A stretch of 64,000 bases of DNA from an uncultured delta proteobacterium (GTDB taxonomy: Bacteria > Desulfobacterota > BSN033 > UBA1163): positions 79,015-143,014 of the forward strand of contig CAVQFR010000015.1 in the NCBI GenBank assembly GCA_963711845.1. The letters run 5' to 3'. The position numbers and the translations under genes are program-made. Under the pieces are notes generated by a model. That model searched no databases. It worked only from the letters and a program-made list of their open reading frames with translations, and was not told where the DNA came from. Of this stretch, positions 1-8,326 are shown piece by piece; the first letter of the stretch is position 1; each line of letters starts with the position of its first letter.

Positions 1-187
1 AGGTAAAATAAAAAAAGCTCCCTACATACGTATCATGGATACAATGTGTGGAGCCTTCATAAACTCTCCCGGGGTATTCCCTTAAATTCTGAATGGTTTA
101 GTGTGGTTGTCCGTTCATCATGTCACCGCCATGGAATGGCTAAAAAATACTACATAAAGCGGCAAGGGTTGTCAAGTTGAAAAAGAA

Positions 188-1252
188 CTATGAATGTTTT
201 TTTCGGGTGGGAAGGGAGAGTTGTCTCCCTGATTCTGAATAGGAAATTCCGAAATGCTGGTAGGCCAATTCTGTGGCTCTTCTCCCGTTCTGCATTCTTG
301 CCACAAAACCGATCTTGAGAAGAAAGGGCTCAATCATATCCACCAGTGTGTCGGCTTCTTCTTGGAGCGTGGCGGCAATCGCCTCAAGACCCACCGGCCC
401 ACCTTTGTAATAACGGATGATGGTCTCCAGGAACCTCCGGTCCAGACTGGTTAAGCCGATTTCATCCACTCCTTCCAAACGAAGTGCCTCGTCGGCGATG
501 GTTTCGTCAATCTTGCCTTCTCCCCGGATTTCAGCAAAATCCCTGACCCTCTTGAGAAGACGGTTCGAAATCCTCGGTGTCCCTCTTGACCGCTTGGCAA
601 TCTCCTCTGTTCCTTTTTCATCAATGGGTACTCCCAGGAGAGCGGCAGAACGCCTAACGACCCGGCAAAGTTCCTCGACGGCATAAAAATCGAGGGTCCT
701 CAATATTCCAAAACGTTCTCGAAGGGGTGCAGAAAGGAGCCCGGCCCGTGTGGTTGCCCCGACGAGCGTAAACCTTTCCAACCGGTACCGGTGGCTTCTG
801 GCATGAGCTCCCTTATCAAAAATGAAATCGATGCAAAAATCTTCCATGGCTGGATAGAGAAATTCCTCTACGACCTTGGGGAGACGGTGTACCTCATCAA
901 TGAAGAGAACATCCCCTCTTTCGAGATGGGTCAGAATACTGATGAGATCCCCTCCCTTCTCAATGGCCGGTCCCGAGGTGGTCACAATACGGACCTCCAT
1001 CTCGGTGGCAATGATATGGGCAAGAGTCGTTTTTCCTAATCCCGGAGGGGCATGAAAAAGGACGTGGTCGAGAGGCTCCCCTCTTTTCTTGGCGGCCTGA
1101 ATGGCAATCTCCAAAGTTTCCACCACCTGTTTTTGTCCGATGTATTCGGAAAGCTTATGAGGCCTCAGATCGAGATAATCTTCAACTTCAGGACGTCTTT
1201 CTTCAGCCTGCTGGTTTAAACCAGCCTCGTCCTCCTCTTCAGGCTTCTTCAT
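188..1252 (-). CDS. ruvB: Holliday junction branch migration helicase RuvB
   Basis: 354-aa ORF. Walker A motif [17 protein letters not shown]+ core, and RuvB-type C-terminal winged helix ([16 protein letters not shown]). Sits next to ruvA and ruvC. Confidence 0.95.
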   Translation of the reverse strand: MKKPEEEDEAGLNQQAEERRPEVEDYLDLRPHKLSEYIGQKQVVETLEIAIQAAKKRGEPLDHVLFHAPPGLGKTTLAHIIATEMEVRIVTTSGPAIEKGGDLISILTHLERGDVLFIDEVHRLPKVVEEFLYPAMEDFCIDFIFDKGAHARSHRYRLERFTLVGATTRAGLLSAPLRERFGILRTLDFYAVEELCRVVRRSAALLGVPIDEKGTEEIAKRSRGTPRISNRLLKRVRDFAEIRGEGKIDETIADEALRLEGVDEIGLTSLDRRFLETIIRYYKGGPVGLEAIAATLQEEADTLVDMIEPFLLKIGFVARMQNGRRATELAYQHFGISYSESGRQLSLPTRKKHS

Positions 1253-1398
1253 ATATTCCTCTTCATGAGAAAGATGAAAAATCTTTAGTCCCCCCCCCTT
1301 TTAACAAAGTCGGTACGACTCGAAACCGAGGAGGGTTGCCTGCCTGCCCCGCCCTCGGTCGGGACCGAGGCCGGTAGGCAGGGAGGGATTCGAACGGT

Positions 1399-2031
1399 TT
1401 AAGAAGGGATATCTTTTTGACCTCGATAGACCTCTTCAAACAATTCTTCCGGCGTGGAGATGTTCGGATTCCTCATCGTGGCCTCTTTAACCAGTCTCTG
1501 GGCTTCACTTAATTTGTGGCCAAGATCCTTGACCAAAACCTCTTCCACCTGTTTCTTAAAGTCCACCACCTCCGCATCCACTGGAATTTGATCTGATCTC
1601 ATTAGCGCAAACTTACCCACTTTCCCCTGAAGGGTAGCGATGATCTTGTCTGCCGTTCTCTTCCCAATTCCTTTCAGCCTCTCAAGGGTCCTCGAATCCC
1701 GTTCCTCGATGGCCTTGGCAATTTTAGCAATGGGCATCACCAAGGCTTTCACCGCTGTAGGAGGGCCGATGTCTTCCACGGTAATGAATTTCTCAAAGAA
1801 CTCCTTCTCAGGCTCGAAGTTGAAACCGATGAGGAGGGGTTTGGGTTGGCGTTCGGTCTGATGATAATAAATAAAGAGCCTCACCGTCTCTCCATCTTCC
1901 CCTGCTCTCTTGGTGCTGAAAGTCTGTCGAACAATAGCGGGAAGGAGAATCTCATAGCCTACGCCATTCGCTAAAACAACGATTCTGTCTTCTTCTTTTT
2001 TGAGTAATCTCCCTTCGATATACCGGATCAT
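1399..2031 (-). CDS. ruvA: Holliday junction DNA-binding protein RuvA
   Basis: 210-aa ORF with a typical RuvA N-terminus (MIRYIEGRL...VVLANGVGYEI) and an HhH region (LERLKGIGKRTADKI). Located between ruvC and ruvB. Confidence 0.9.
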   Translation of the reverse strand: MIRYIEGRLLKKEEDRIVVLANGVGYEILLPAIVRQTFSTKRAGEDGETVRLFIYYHQTERQPKPLLIGFNFEPEKEFFEKFITVEDIGPPTAVKALVMPIAKIAKAIEERDSRTLERLKGIGKRTADKIIATLQGKVGKFALMRSDQIPVDAEVVDFKKQVEEVLVKDLGHKLSEAQRLVKEATMRNPNISTPEELFEEVYRGQKDIPS

Positions 2032-2101
2032 TTTCTACCTACCAAAAAGTTCGTACGGCTCACTCGTTATTCTTTCAGGTCTTTGGGTATAACCATCGTT
2101 A

Positions 2102-2207
2102 GAAATCCCAAATTCAAATATCCAAATTCCAAACTTTTCCGTTTATAACATTTGAATTTTGAGCATTGGTGCTTATTTGGAATTTGGTGCTTCGAATTTA
2201 GAATTTC
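2102..2207. repeat. AT-rich word-built imperfect hairpin (CCAAATTCCAAA / TTTGGAATTTGG words) between ruvC and ruvA
   Basis: The left arm (about 2102-2133) pairs with the reverse complement of the right arm (about 2151-2207). The same word family occurs at 27844-27977 and 55575-55640. Confidence 0.7.
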
Positions 2208-2232
2208 ACTGCTTCTCTCCGGAGAAGCAGTG
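2207..2232 (-). other. Perfect 11-bp stem-loop directly after the ruvC stop
   Basis: Sequence is CACTGCTTCTC-tccg-GAGAAGCAGTG. No clear U-tract follows on the minus strand, so its role as a terminator is uncertain. Confidence 0.4.
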
Positions 2233-2233
2233 C

Positions 2234-2722
2234 CTACCATCGAAAATTCTTATTTCTCGAAAGGCCAGTCAGGGCCAGGGCAAGGGCATCCCCTGCGTGG
2301 CTTGAGCTGAGGGGATTCTCGATCCTGAGGATTTGACGAATCGCCTTTTTCATCTGCTCCTTGTCCGCCCGGCCGCTTCCGGTCAGCGCGCTCTTCACCT
2401 CCGTCGGTCTCAGCTCGACCACAGGAATGCCCATTTCCTGAGCGGCTAGGTAGATGACCCCTCTGACCTCCCCCAATTGAATGGCTGCCTTGGGAAATTG
2501 TTTCAAGACAAAGACCTCTTCCAAGGCGAGAAGATCGGGGTCCCATTTTTCAAGAAGTCCTTTGAGTTCGTCATAGATGATTCTTAAACGGAGAGGAATA
2601 GGGGAACCCGGTTCGGTTCGAATGGCTCCCCAATCACAGGCCTTCCCTCCTCGAGAAAGAGCTTCTACTACGCCAAAGCCCGTCATGGCTAAACCCGGAT
2701 CGATTCCAAGTGCCTTTACCAA
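2234..2722 (-). CDS. ruvC: Crossover junction endodeoxyribonuclease RuvC
   Basis: 162-aa ORF with a TTG start and the RuvC N-terminal motif ALGIDPGLAMTGFGVVE. Sits in ruvCAB context. Confidence 0.9.
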   Translation of the reverse strand: MVKALGIDPGLAMTGFGVVEALSRGGKACDWGAIRTEPGSPIPLRLRIIYDELKGLLEKWDPDLLALEEVFVLKQFPKAAIQLGEVRGVIYLAAQEMGIPVVELRPTEVKSALTGSGRADKEQMKKAIRQILRIENPLSSSHAGDALALALTGLSRNKNFRW

Positions 2723-2806
2723 AAGAGTCTCCCCAGATGTGAAAAAGCCACCCGATCACTTTCCTTTAGAAGGGGGTGGCTGATGAGCTAACTGAGATAG
2801 GAATGT

Positions 2807-3556
2807 TTATGCACTGAGTCGTTCCATCTCCTCTTCGGCAATGTCAAAATTACCGTAAACCTTCTGGACATCATCAGAATCTTCAAGACCTTCCATTAAT
2901 TTCAGCATCTGTTCCGCTTCTTTTCCGCTCAGACGAATATTGCTTTGGGCAACCATGGTGACCTCAGCATAGTTATACTTAAAACCAGCTTTTTCAAGCG
3001 CCTTCTTCACTCCTTCAAAACCCGCCGGATCGGTCGTTACTTCAAATTCTCTTCCCGAATCCTTCACATCCAGGGCTCCCGCCTCTAAGGACACCTCCAT
3101 CAGGCGATCTTCATCGACCCCGTTCTTTTCGATGATGATTAACCCTTTCTTTTCAAACATCCATGAAACGCAGCCGTTCTCACCCAGGCTGCCGTTGTAT
3201 TTGGAAAAGGTGTGTCGCACATCGGCCACTGTCCGGTTCTTATTATCCGTTAACACTTCCACGATCATGGCCACGCCTCCCGGACCGTACCCTTCGTAAG
3301 TCAACTCTTCATAGTTGACCCCTTCCAGCTCTCCGGTCCCTTTCTTGATCGCCCGCTCAATGTTGTCCTTGGGCATGTTCTCTGCTCTGGCCGCGAGGAC
3401 AGCGGTCCGGAGTCTCGGATTGGCATTGATATCCCCTCCGCCCATCCGGGCTGCGACCATGATTTCTTTGATGACCTTGGTGAAGAGCTTCCCCCGTTTG
3501 GCGTCCGCTGCACCTTTTTTTCGCTTAATCGTACTCCACTTGGAATGTCCAGACAT
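2807..3556 (-). CDS. yebC: YebC/PmpR family DNA-binding transcriptional regulator
   Basis: Conserved N-terminus [27 protein letters not shown] begins at the internal ATG at 3556. The upstream 25 codons of the track ORF run into the tRNA and are not coding. Confidence 0.9.
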   Translation of the reverse strand: MSGHSKWSTIKRKKGAADAKRGKLFTKVIKEIMVAARMGGGDINANPRLRTAVLAARAENMPKDNIERAIKKGTGELEGVNYEELTYEGYGPGGVAMIVEVLTDNKNRTVADVRHTFSKYNGSLGENGCVSWMFEKKGLIIIEKNGVDEDRLMEVSLEAGALDVKDSGREFEVTTDPAGFEGVKKALEKAGFKYNYAEVTMVAQSNIRLSGKEAEQMLKLMEGLEDSDDVQKVYGNFDIAEEEMERLSA

Positions 3557-3630
3557 CTCTTTCTCTCTCAAAAGTAGGGACAATTCATGAGTCGGTACGA
3601 CTGTCGTTCCGACAATGGCCCCTACAAGCA

Positions 3631-3705
3631 TGGTGGGCGCTAGAGGATTTGAACCTCTGACTTCCTGCGTGTGAAGCAGGCGTTCTCCCCCTGAACTAAG
3701 CGCCC
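3631..3705 (-). tRNA. tRNA-Val (anticodon CAC), CCA encoded
   Basis: The reverse complement reads GGGCGCTTAGTTCAGGGGGAGAACGCCTGCTTCACACGCAGGAAGTCAGAGGTTCAAATCCTCTAGCGCCCACCA. The cloverleaf was folded by eye: anticodon stem CCTGC/GCAGG, loop TTCACAC, and a T-arm containing GGTTCAAATCC. Confidence 0.85.
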
Positions 3706-4131
3706 TGTTTCAACTTCCTATTTTATAAGACCTTGCTGAAAAGTCAACCCCGGAATCGTCGATGACTGGAAAACTTGGAACTCATAGCCACCGGTCTTGG
3801 GCTGACGAATGATTCCCAACTCCTTCATTAAATCCAAAGGTAATTTTTGGAGGCAGGTTAAATCAACCTCAATACCTTTCCAGTCATTTCCCCTGCAGGG
3901 TATTGACCCACCTTCTGGCTCTTCTTCCCTTTCTCCTTTCCCTGTAGAGAAAGGATTGAGGAGGCTGAGTTCTTCCCATTCTAATCAGAGTAAAAGGGGG
4001 TGTCAATGATTTTTATGACAGAAGAATAAAATAGGAAGGGCGCTGAAGGAGGAAACCACAATAAAATTTTGCTCTCTTATAACAGGTTATTTTACAAAAG
4101 GCCCCGTCGCAAAAAACATCGCAAAAAAAGA

Positions 4132-4159
4132 TTGACAAGGGTCAATGGACGACTATAAT
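4132..4159 (+). promoter_or_regulatory. Sigma70-like promoter (TTGACA-16 nt-TATAAT) whose -35 lies inside the palindrome ATTGACaaggGTCAAT
   Basis: Exact consensus hexamers at 4132-4137 and 4154-4159, about 150 nt upstream of the acyl-CoA synthetase start. The palindrome spans 4131-4146. Confidence 0.45.
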
Positions 4160-4311
4160 AATCAAACGATCATTTCGGCTTCTTAGGACGGCGCGGCTGC
4201 TTTCGTCGGTTCGATTGCGGCGTTGACTTATGCCGGTTCCTATGTTTAAGAATAAATTCTCTTAACCTGAGGAGGCGGGTTATGATCCGCCTCGTTGTAA
4301 GGAGGTAACAT

Positions 4312-6015
4312 ATGGAAATGACCCCTTGGTTCAGGCACTATGACGAGGGTGTTCCAAGGACCCTTCGCCCCTACCCCGAGCGGACCCTTCTGGACTATAT
4401 TGCTGATTCAGCAAGGGAGCACCCTGATCATCCGGCAATATTGTTCAAAGGGCTGCGCGTCACATACGGCCAATTGGAAAGACTTAGCGACGCCTTTGCA
4501 GTGGCCCTCGCTGGATTGGGTGTGAAGAAGGGCGATCGCGTCGCCTTGCTCCTACCCAATTCCCCTCAGTTCATCATTGCGGAACTGGGGGCTTGGAAGG
4601 CTGGAGCAACGGTATTCCCGCTCAACCCGATGTATACCGAAAGTGAGTTGGAAGGCCCTCTCAACAATTGTGCTCCAGAAACGATCGTAACCCTCACCCT
4701 CTTCTACAACCGAGTCAAGTCAATCCAGCCGAATACGAAATTGAAGCGGGTGATCGCATCCAACATAAAGGATTTCCTCCCGCCCATATTGCGTTTTCTT
4801 TTCACGCTGGTCAAAGAGAAGAAAGAAGGCCACCGGATCCATCTGCAGCCCGGGGACTTTTGGTTCAGTGACCTATTAAAGACAACGGGACCCGAGAGGA
4901 AGCCAAGTGTATCGGTCAGTCCGGACGATCCCGCCATCATCCTGCTAAGCGGGGGAACGACAGGAACGCCTAAGGGCGCCGTGGGGACCCACCGTTCTCT
5001 CGTCAGTTCCGGGCTTCAATTGAGCTCTTGGGTGAAGAACCTAAAGAGTGAGTCGCAAGATATTATCATGCTGCCGCTCCCCCTCTTTCATGTATACGCA
5101 AACGCGGGGATCCAGTGTGAAGCCTTTGTGGGCGGGAATACGCTTTCGCTCGTTCCAAACCCGCGCGATATCACGGATGTCCTCCATGCCATCCGCAAGG
5201 ACCGTCCTACTTTCTTTGTCAGCGTGCCCACGTTATTCATCGCCCTTTTAAACCATCCCGATGTAAAGGCGGGCAAGGTCGATTTCAAGTCCATCAAGCT
5301 GTGCATCTCAGGGGCAGCGCCCCTCATGGCCGAAACGAAGAAGTCCTTTGAGGAACTGACGGGAGGTCGCATCCTGGAGGGGTACTCCTTGACCGAGGCC
5401 ATGATGGCCTGCACGGTGAACCCTGCCTCGGGGGTGAAGAAGATCGGATCCATCGGGATGCCATTGCCCGATGTGGAAGCGCGCATCGTCGATCCGGACT
5501 CGGGGGAGAAGATACTTCCAGCCGGCGAAGTAGGAGAGATTCTCCTCCGTGCTCCCCAGCTCATGCAGGGCTACTGGCAGAATCCCGAAGAGACCGCTGG
5601 AGTTCTTCAAGTCCATGGCGAAGGAGGCCCCTGGCTCCATACGGGTGATCTCGGCTATATGGATGAAGATGGTTACATCTTCATCGTCGACCGCAAGAAA
5701 GACGTCATTAAACCCAGTGGTTTTCAGGTCTGGCCACGCGAAGTGGAGGAGGTCATCTCGTCGCACCCGGCGGTGCTTGAGGTCGGCGTGGCCGGTGTGC
5801 CTGACGATTATCAGGGAGAGGCGGTCAAGGCCTGGGTCGTCCTCCGGTCCGGACAGCAGGCGACAGCCGATGAGATCCGTCAGTACTGCCGGCAGAAACT
5901 GGCCCCTTACAAAGTACCGAAACATGTCGAGTTTCGCGAGGGTTTGCCCAAGTCGATGGTGGGCAAAGTGTTGCGCCGCCTGTTGGCCCAAGAAGAGAGA
6001 GCGAAACGGGCGTAA
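4312..6015 (+). CDS. AMP-dependent acyl-CoA synthetase (long-chain fatty-acid--CoA ligase family)
   Basis: 567-aa ORF. AMP-binding motif LSGGTTGTPKGA, then GYSLTEA, then GDLGYMDEDGYIFIVDRKKD, and a C-terminal VPKHVEFREGLPKSMVGKVLRR. Confidence 0.85.
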   Translation: MEMTPWFRHYDEGVPRTLRPYPERTLLDYIADSAREHPDHPAILFKGLRVTYGQLERLSDAFAVALAGLGVKKGDRVALLLPNSPQFIIAELGAWKAGATVFPLNPMYTESELEGPLNNCAPETIVTLTLFYNRVKSIQPNTKLKRVIASNIKDFLPPILRFLFTLVKEKKEGHRIHLQPGDFWFSDLLKTTGPERKPSVSVSPDDPAIILLSGGTTGTPKGAVGTHRSLVSSGLQLSSWVKNLKSESQDIIMLPLPLFHVYANAGIQCEAFVGGNTLSLVPNPRDITDVLHAIRKDRPTFFVSVPTLFIALLNHPDVKAGKVDFKSIKLCISGAAPLMAETKKSFEELTGGRILEGYSLTEAMMACTVNPASGVKKIGSIGMPLPDVEARIVDPDSGEKILPAGEVGEILLRAPQLMQGYWQNPEETAGVLQVHGEGGPWLHTGDLGYMDEDGYIFIVDRKKDVIKPSGFQVWPREVEEVISSHPAVLEVGVAGVPDDYQGEAVKAWVVLRSGQQATADEIRQYCRQKLAPYKVPKHVEFREGLPKSMVGKVLRRLLAQEERAKRA

Positions 6016-6045
6016 CCACAAAACCCCGCTCCGTAGGTTATTCCC

Positions 6046-7107
6046 ATGGACATGAAGCGTGATTATTACGAAGACATCGAGCTTTTCAAAAGCACAACCA
6101 TCCTCGTTTGGTCCATTCTCTTTCTCATCTTTTTAGGGATCTTGCCCTGGCTCGTTCAAAAGTATCATCTTCTCGGGATGTCCGTCTACATCGTCAACCT
6201 GATTACCATCAATGCCCTGGTAGCGGTCGGCTTGAACATCCTCGTCGGATATACAGGCCAGGTATCGTTGGGTCATGCGGGATTCTTCGCGATTGGAGCC
6301 TTCACCACGGTCATCTTCATCTTGAAATTGGGGTTCCCTTTTTGGATCGCCCTTCCCGTGGCCGGATTCATCTCGTCCGGCTTCGGGTTTCTCCTGGGCC
6401 TCCCCGCCCTTCGCCTGAAAGGCCCCTACCTCGCGATTGCAACCCTCGGTTTCGGCATGACCATAACCACCGTCATCAAGCATATGGAATTTTTTGGGGG
6501 AAGGATGGGGCTTCAAGCTCCAAAGCTCTTTTTCTTCGGGACTCCCATGAAAGATATTCATCTCTATTATCTGATCATGGTGATCACCGTTTTCATGGTC
6601 ATCGGAGCCATGAAATTGATAAAAACGAGAGTGGGGCGGGCCTTCATTGCCATTCGGGATAGTGACATCGCTGCCGAAGCGATGGGAGTCAACTTGACGT
6701 ATTACAAGACCCTCGCCTTTGCTGTAAGCGCTTTTTACACCGGGATTGCAGGTGGCCTCTACGCCTTTATTCTCGGTTTCATCAATCCTGAGAGCTTTCA
6801 CCTCATTATGTCGATCACTTTCCTAGCGATGGTGGTTGTGGGAGGATTGGGGTCCATCATGGGCTCCATTGCGGGGGCGGCTTTGATGACCTATCTCGAC
6901 ATCAAACTTCAGGCGATCCAGGATATCCCGGCGATTGGACCCGCCCTGGTCGTTTTTTCGCAGAAATATATGAACATCGCAGGGATGTCGAATGTTGCTG
7001 TCATTGTCTATGGATTGATCATGATCTTCATTGTTCTCTTCGAGCCTTTGGGGATCTTTGGATTCTGGATTCGAATGAAACGCTACTGGAAGACATGGCC
7101 CTTTTAA
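6046..7107 (+). CDS. livM: Branched-chain amino acid (HAAT) ABC transporter permease, LivM type (locus A)
   Basis: 353-aa polytopic ORF with typical LivM motifs (GYTGQVSLGHAGFFAIGAF, AIRDSDIAAEAMGVN). Confidence 0.85.
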   Translation: MDMKRDYYEDIELFKSTTILVWSILFLIFLGILPWLVQKYHLLGMSVYIVNLITINALVAVGLNILVGYTGQVSLGHAGFFAIGAFTTVIFILKLGFPFWIALPVAGFISSGFGFLLGLPALRLKGPYLAIATLGFGMTITTVIKHMEFFGGRMGLQAPKLFFFGTPMKDIHLYYLIMVITVFMVIGAMKLIKTRVGRAFIAIRDSDIAAEAMGVNLTYYKTLAFAVSAFYTGIAGGLYAFILGFINPESFHLIMSITFLAMVVVGGLGSIMGSIAGAALMTYLDIKLQAIQDIPAIGPALVVFSQKYMNIAGMSNVAVIVYGLIMIFIVLFEPLGIFGFWIRMKRYWKTWPF

Positions 7108-7114
7108 AAACAAT

Positions 7115-7213
7115 GGAATAATGGAGTAGTGGAATATTGGAGCAATTGGGGAAAACTTATAATTCTCTAGCGAAACGAAGTATAAACCCAACATTCCATC
7201 ACTCCATTCTTCC
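7115..7213. repeat. Long imperfect hairpin (26-nt arms, GGAATAATGGAG words) between livM and livH
   Basis: Arm 7115-7140 (GGAATAATGGAGTAGTGGAATATTGG) pairs with arm 7188-7213 (reverse complement GGAAGAATGGAGTGATGGAATGTTGG). There are 4 mismatches. Confidence 0.7.
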
Positions 7214-7245
7214 AGCATTCCAAGTAAGCTTTTTGGAGAAGGCAT

Positions 7246-8237
7246 ATGTTTGGTCAGCTGATTGTGAGCGGTTTGGCAGTGGGAGCCTGTTATTCTCTTC
7301 TGGCTCTCGCCATGGTCATCATCTATAAGACCTCTGAAGTTCTCAATTTTGCCCAGGGGGAAATGGCCATGATCAGCACCTTCGTGGCCTTCACCATTTT
7401 GGATAGTTATCACGTCGCTTTTCCGTGGGCAGTGGCGTTATCTATAAAACCTCTGAAGTTCTCAACTTTGCCCAGGGAGAAATGGCCATGGTCAGCACCT
7501 TCGTGACCTTTACCCTCTTGGATAGTTATCACGTTGCTTTTCCTTGGGCAGTGATTTTGACATTTCTCTTCGCTATTCTTCTGGGCATCTTCTTTGAAAT
7601 CGCCTTTTTGAGGCAAGCCAAGGACCCCAACGTATTGGGACTGATGATCATTACGCTCGGTTTCGAAATGGTTCTTATGGGATTTGCCGGATGGAAATGG
7701 GGACCTGACCAGAGGCCATTTCCTTTTCCTGTCTCCAGTGTGGAAACGTACAATATAAGCGGCCTACTGATCAGCAAGATTAACTTCTGGACCATTCTGA
7801 TCTCATTAGTCTTGATTTTCGTCCTCTTTCTCTTTTTCCGCTACACGAAATTAGGAATCGCCATGAGAGCCACTCAACAGAACCCATTGGCCGCCCGGGT
7901 CATGGGGATCCGTACCAAGCGGATTCTCTCTTTCACCTGGGCCATCAGTTCCATGGTTGGCGCCGTCGCAGGGATGCTCATCGCGGCTCTAGGCGTACTC
8001 GATCCTCCGATGATGATGGACCCTCTTTTAAAGGGATTTGCCTCTGCGGTGTTGGGTGGAATGACCAGTCTGCCGGGTTCCGCTCTGGGTGGCGCCTTGT
8101 TGGGAATCATTGAAAACCTTTTCGGCGGATATGTTTCCTTATCATTTAAATCTGTGGTCGCCTTTGCGATCATTGTTTTGATGTTGTGCATCAGGCCGAG
8201 TGGACTCTTGGCCAGGCATTATGAAAAAAAGGTTTGA
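7246..8237 (+). pseudogene. livH: HAAT ABC transporter permease LivH type, reading frame broken by a 119-bp diverged tandem duplication (locus A)
   Basis: The N-terminus MFGQLIVSGLAVGACYSLLALAMVIIYKTSEVLNFAQGEMAM... is in frame 7246. The same segment then repeats, and the protein continues in frame 7425 through to 8237. With one copy removed, the result is an ordinary LivH of about 290 aa. Confidence 0.8.
7322..7553 (+). repeat. Tandem duplication: two 113-nt copies, period 119 nt, 10 mismatches
   Basis: Copy 1 is 7322-7434 and copy 2 is 7441-7553. They encode IYKTSEVLNFAQGEMAM(I/V)STFV(A/T)FT(I/L)LDSYHVAFPWAV. Confidence 0.9.
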
Positions 8238-8251
8238 CTCTCTTAGCACGT

Positions 8252-8288
8252 CCTCTCCCATTATGGGGAGAGGGCGAGGGTGAGAGAG
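8252..8288. repeat. GC-rich REP-like hairpin, GGGGAGAGGG.GAGGGTGAG family
   Basis: CCTCTCCC-attat-GGGGAGAGG followed by GCGAGGGTGAGAGAG. The same word occurs at 30905-30927 and 55667-55691. Confidence 0.7.
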
Positions 8289-8326
8289 AAATCTCAATGT
8301 CGAGAAATCTTAGAAAGGAGGAAAAA

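Noticed and set aside
3718-3984. An 88-codon open frame on the minus strand next to tRNA-Val (..DWKGIEVDLTCLQKLPLDLMKELGIIRQPKTGGYEFQVF..). Track ORF 3809-4009 on the plus strand falls in the same region.
   Set aside because: The minus-strand frame has no start codon until the last 36 codons and no SD sequence, and I cannot assign a family. It may be a gene remnant but is not supportable. The plus-strand ORF is Ser/Pro-rich and has no signals.
3560-4311. An integrated element, island boundary or integrase at the tRNA-Val.
   Set aside because: No integrase, transposase or direct repeat of the tRNA 3' end is visible in the 600 bp that follow. The catabolic genes simply begin after a strong promoter.
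5308-6021. Long antisense or overlapping ORFs in the six-frame track. Examples are 5308-6021, 6133-6801, 6823-7413, 8378-9040, 22783-23409, 26462-27139, 32329-33012, 43352-44179, 48751-49536, 59951-60448 and 60527-61162.
   Set aside because: Each lies entirely inside, and opposite to or out of frame with, a gene that has strong family motifs. Their products are low-complexity, rich in Arg, Pro, Ser, Gly or His, with no recognisable domains. They are shadow ORFs.
7322-7553. Possible CRISPR array or other spaced-repeat locus. The word repeats at 13367-13421, 25855-25968 and 48461-48573 raised the same question.
   Set aside because: There are only two tandem copies, and they lie inside a coding sequence with no spacers. 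The other repeats are 10-14 nt words with irregular spacing and no unique spacers of 25-40 nt. No cas genes are present in the window.
8234-8326. N-terminal extension MTLLARPLPLWGEGEGEREISMSRNLRKEEK on the locus A binding protein. The 19265-19526 ORFs are a similar case.
   Set aside because: The extension is the translation of the GC-rich REP hairpin. A proper SD (AAGGAGG) plus ATG and a signal peptide begin at 8327. The 19.3 kb ORFs are translations of G/C tracts.
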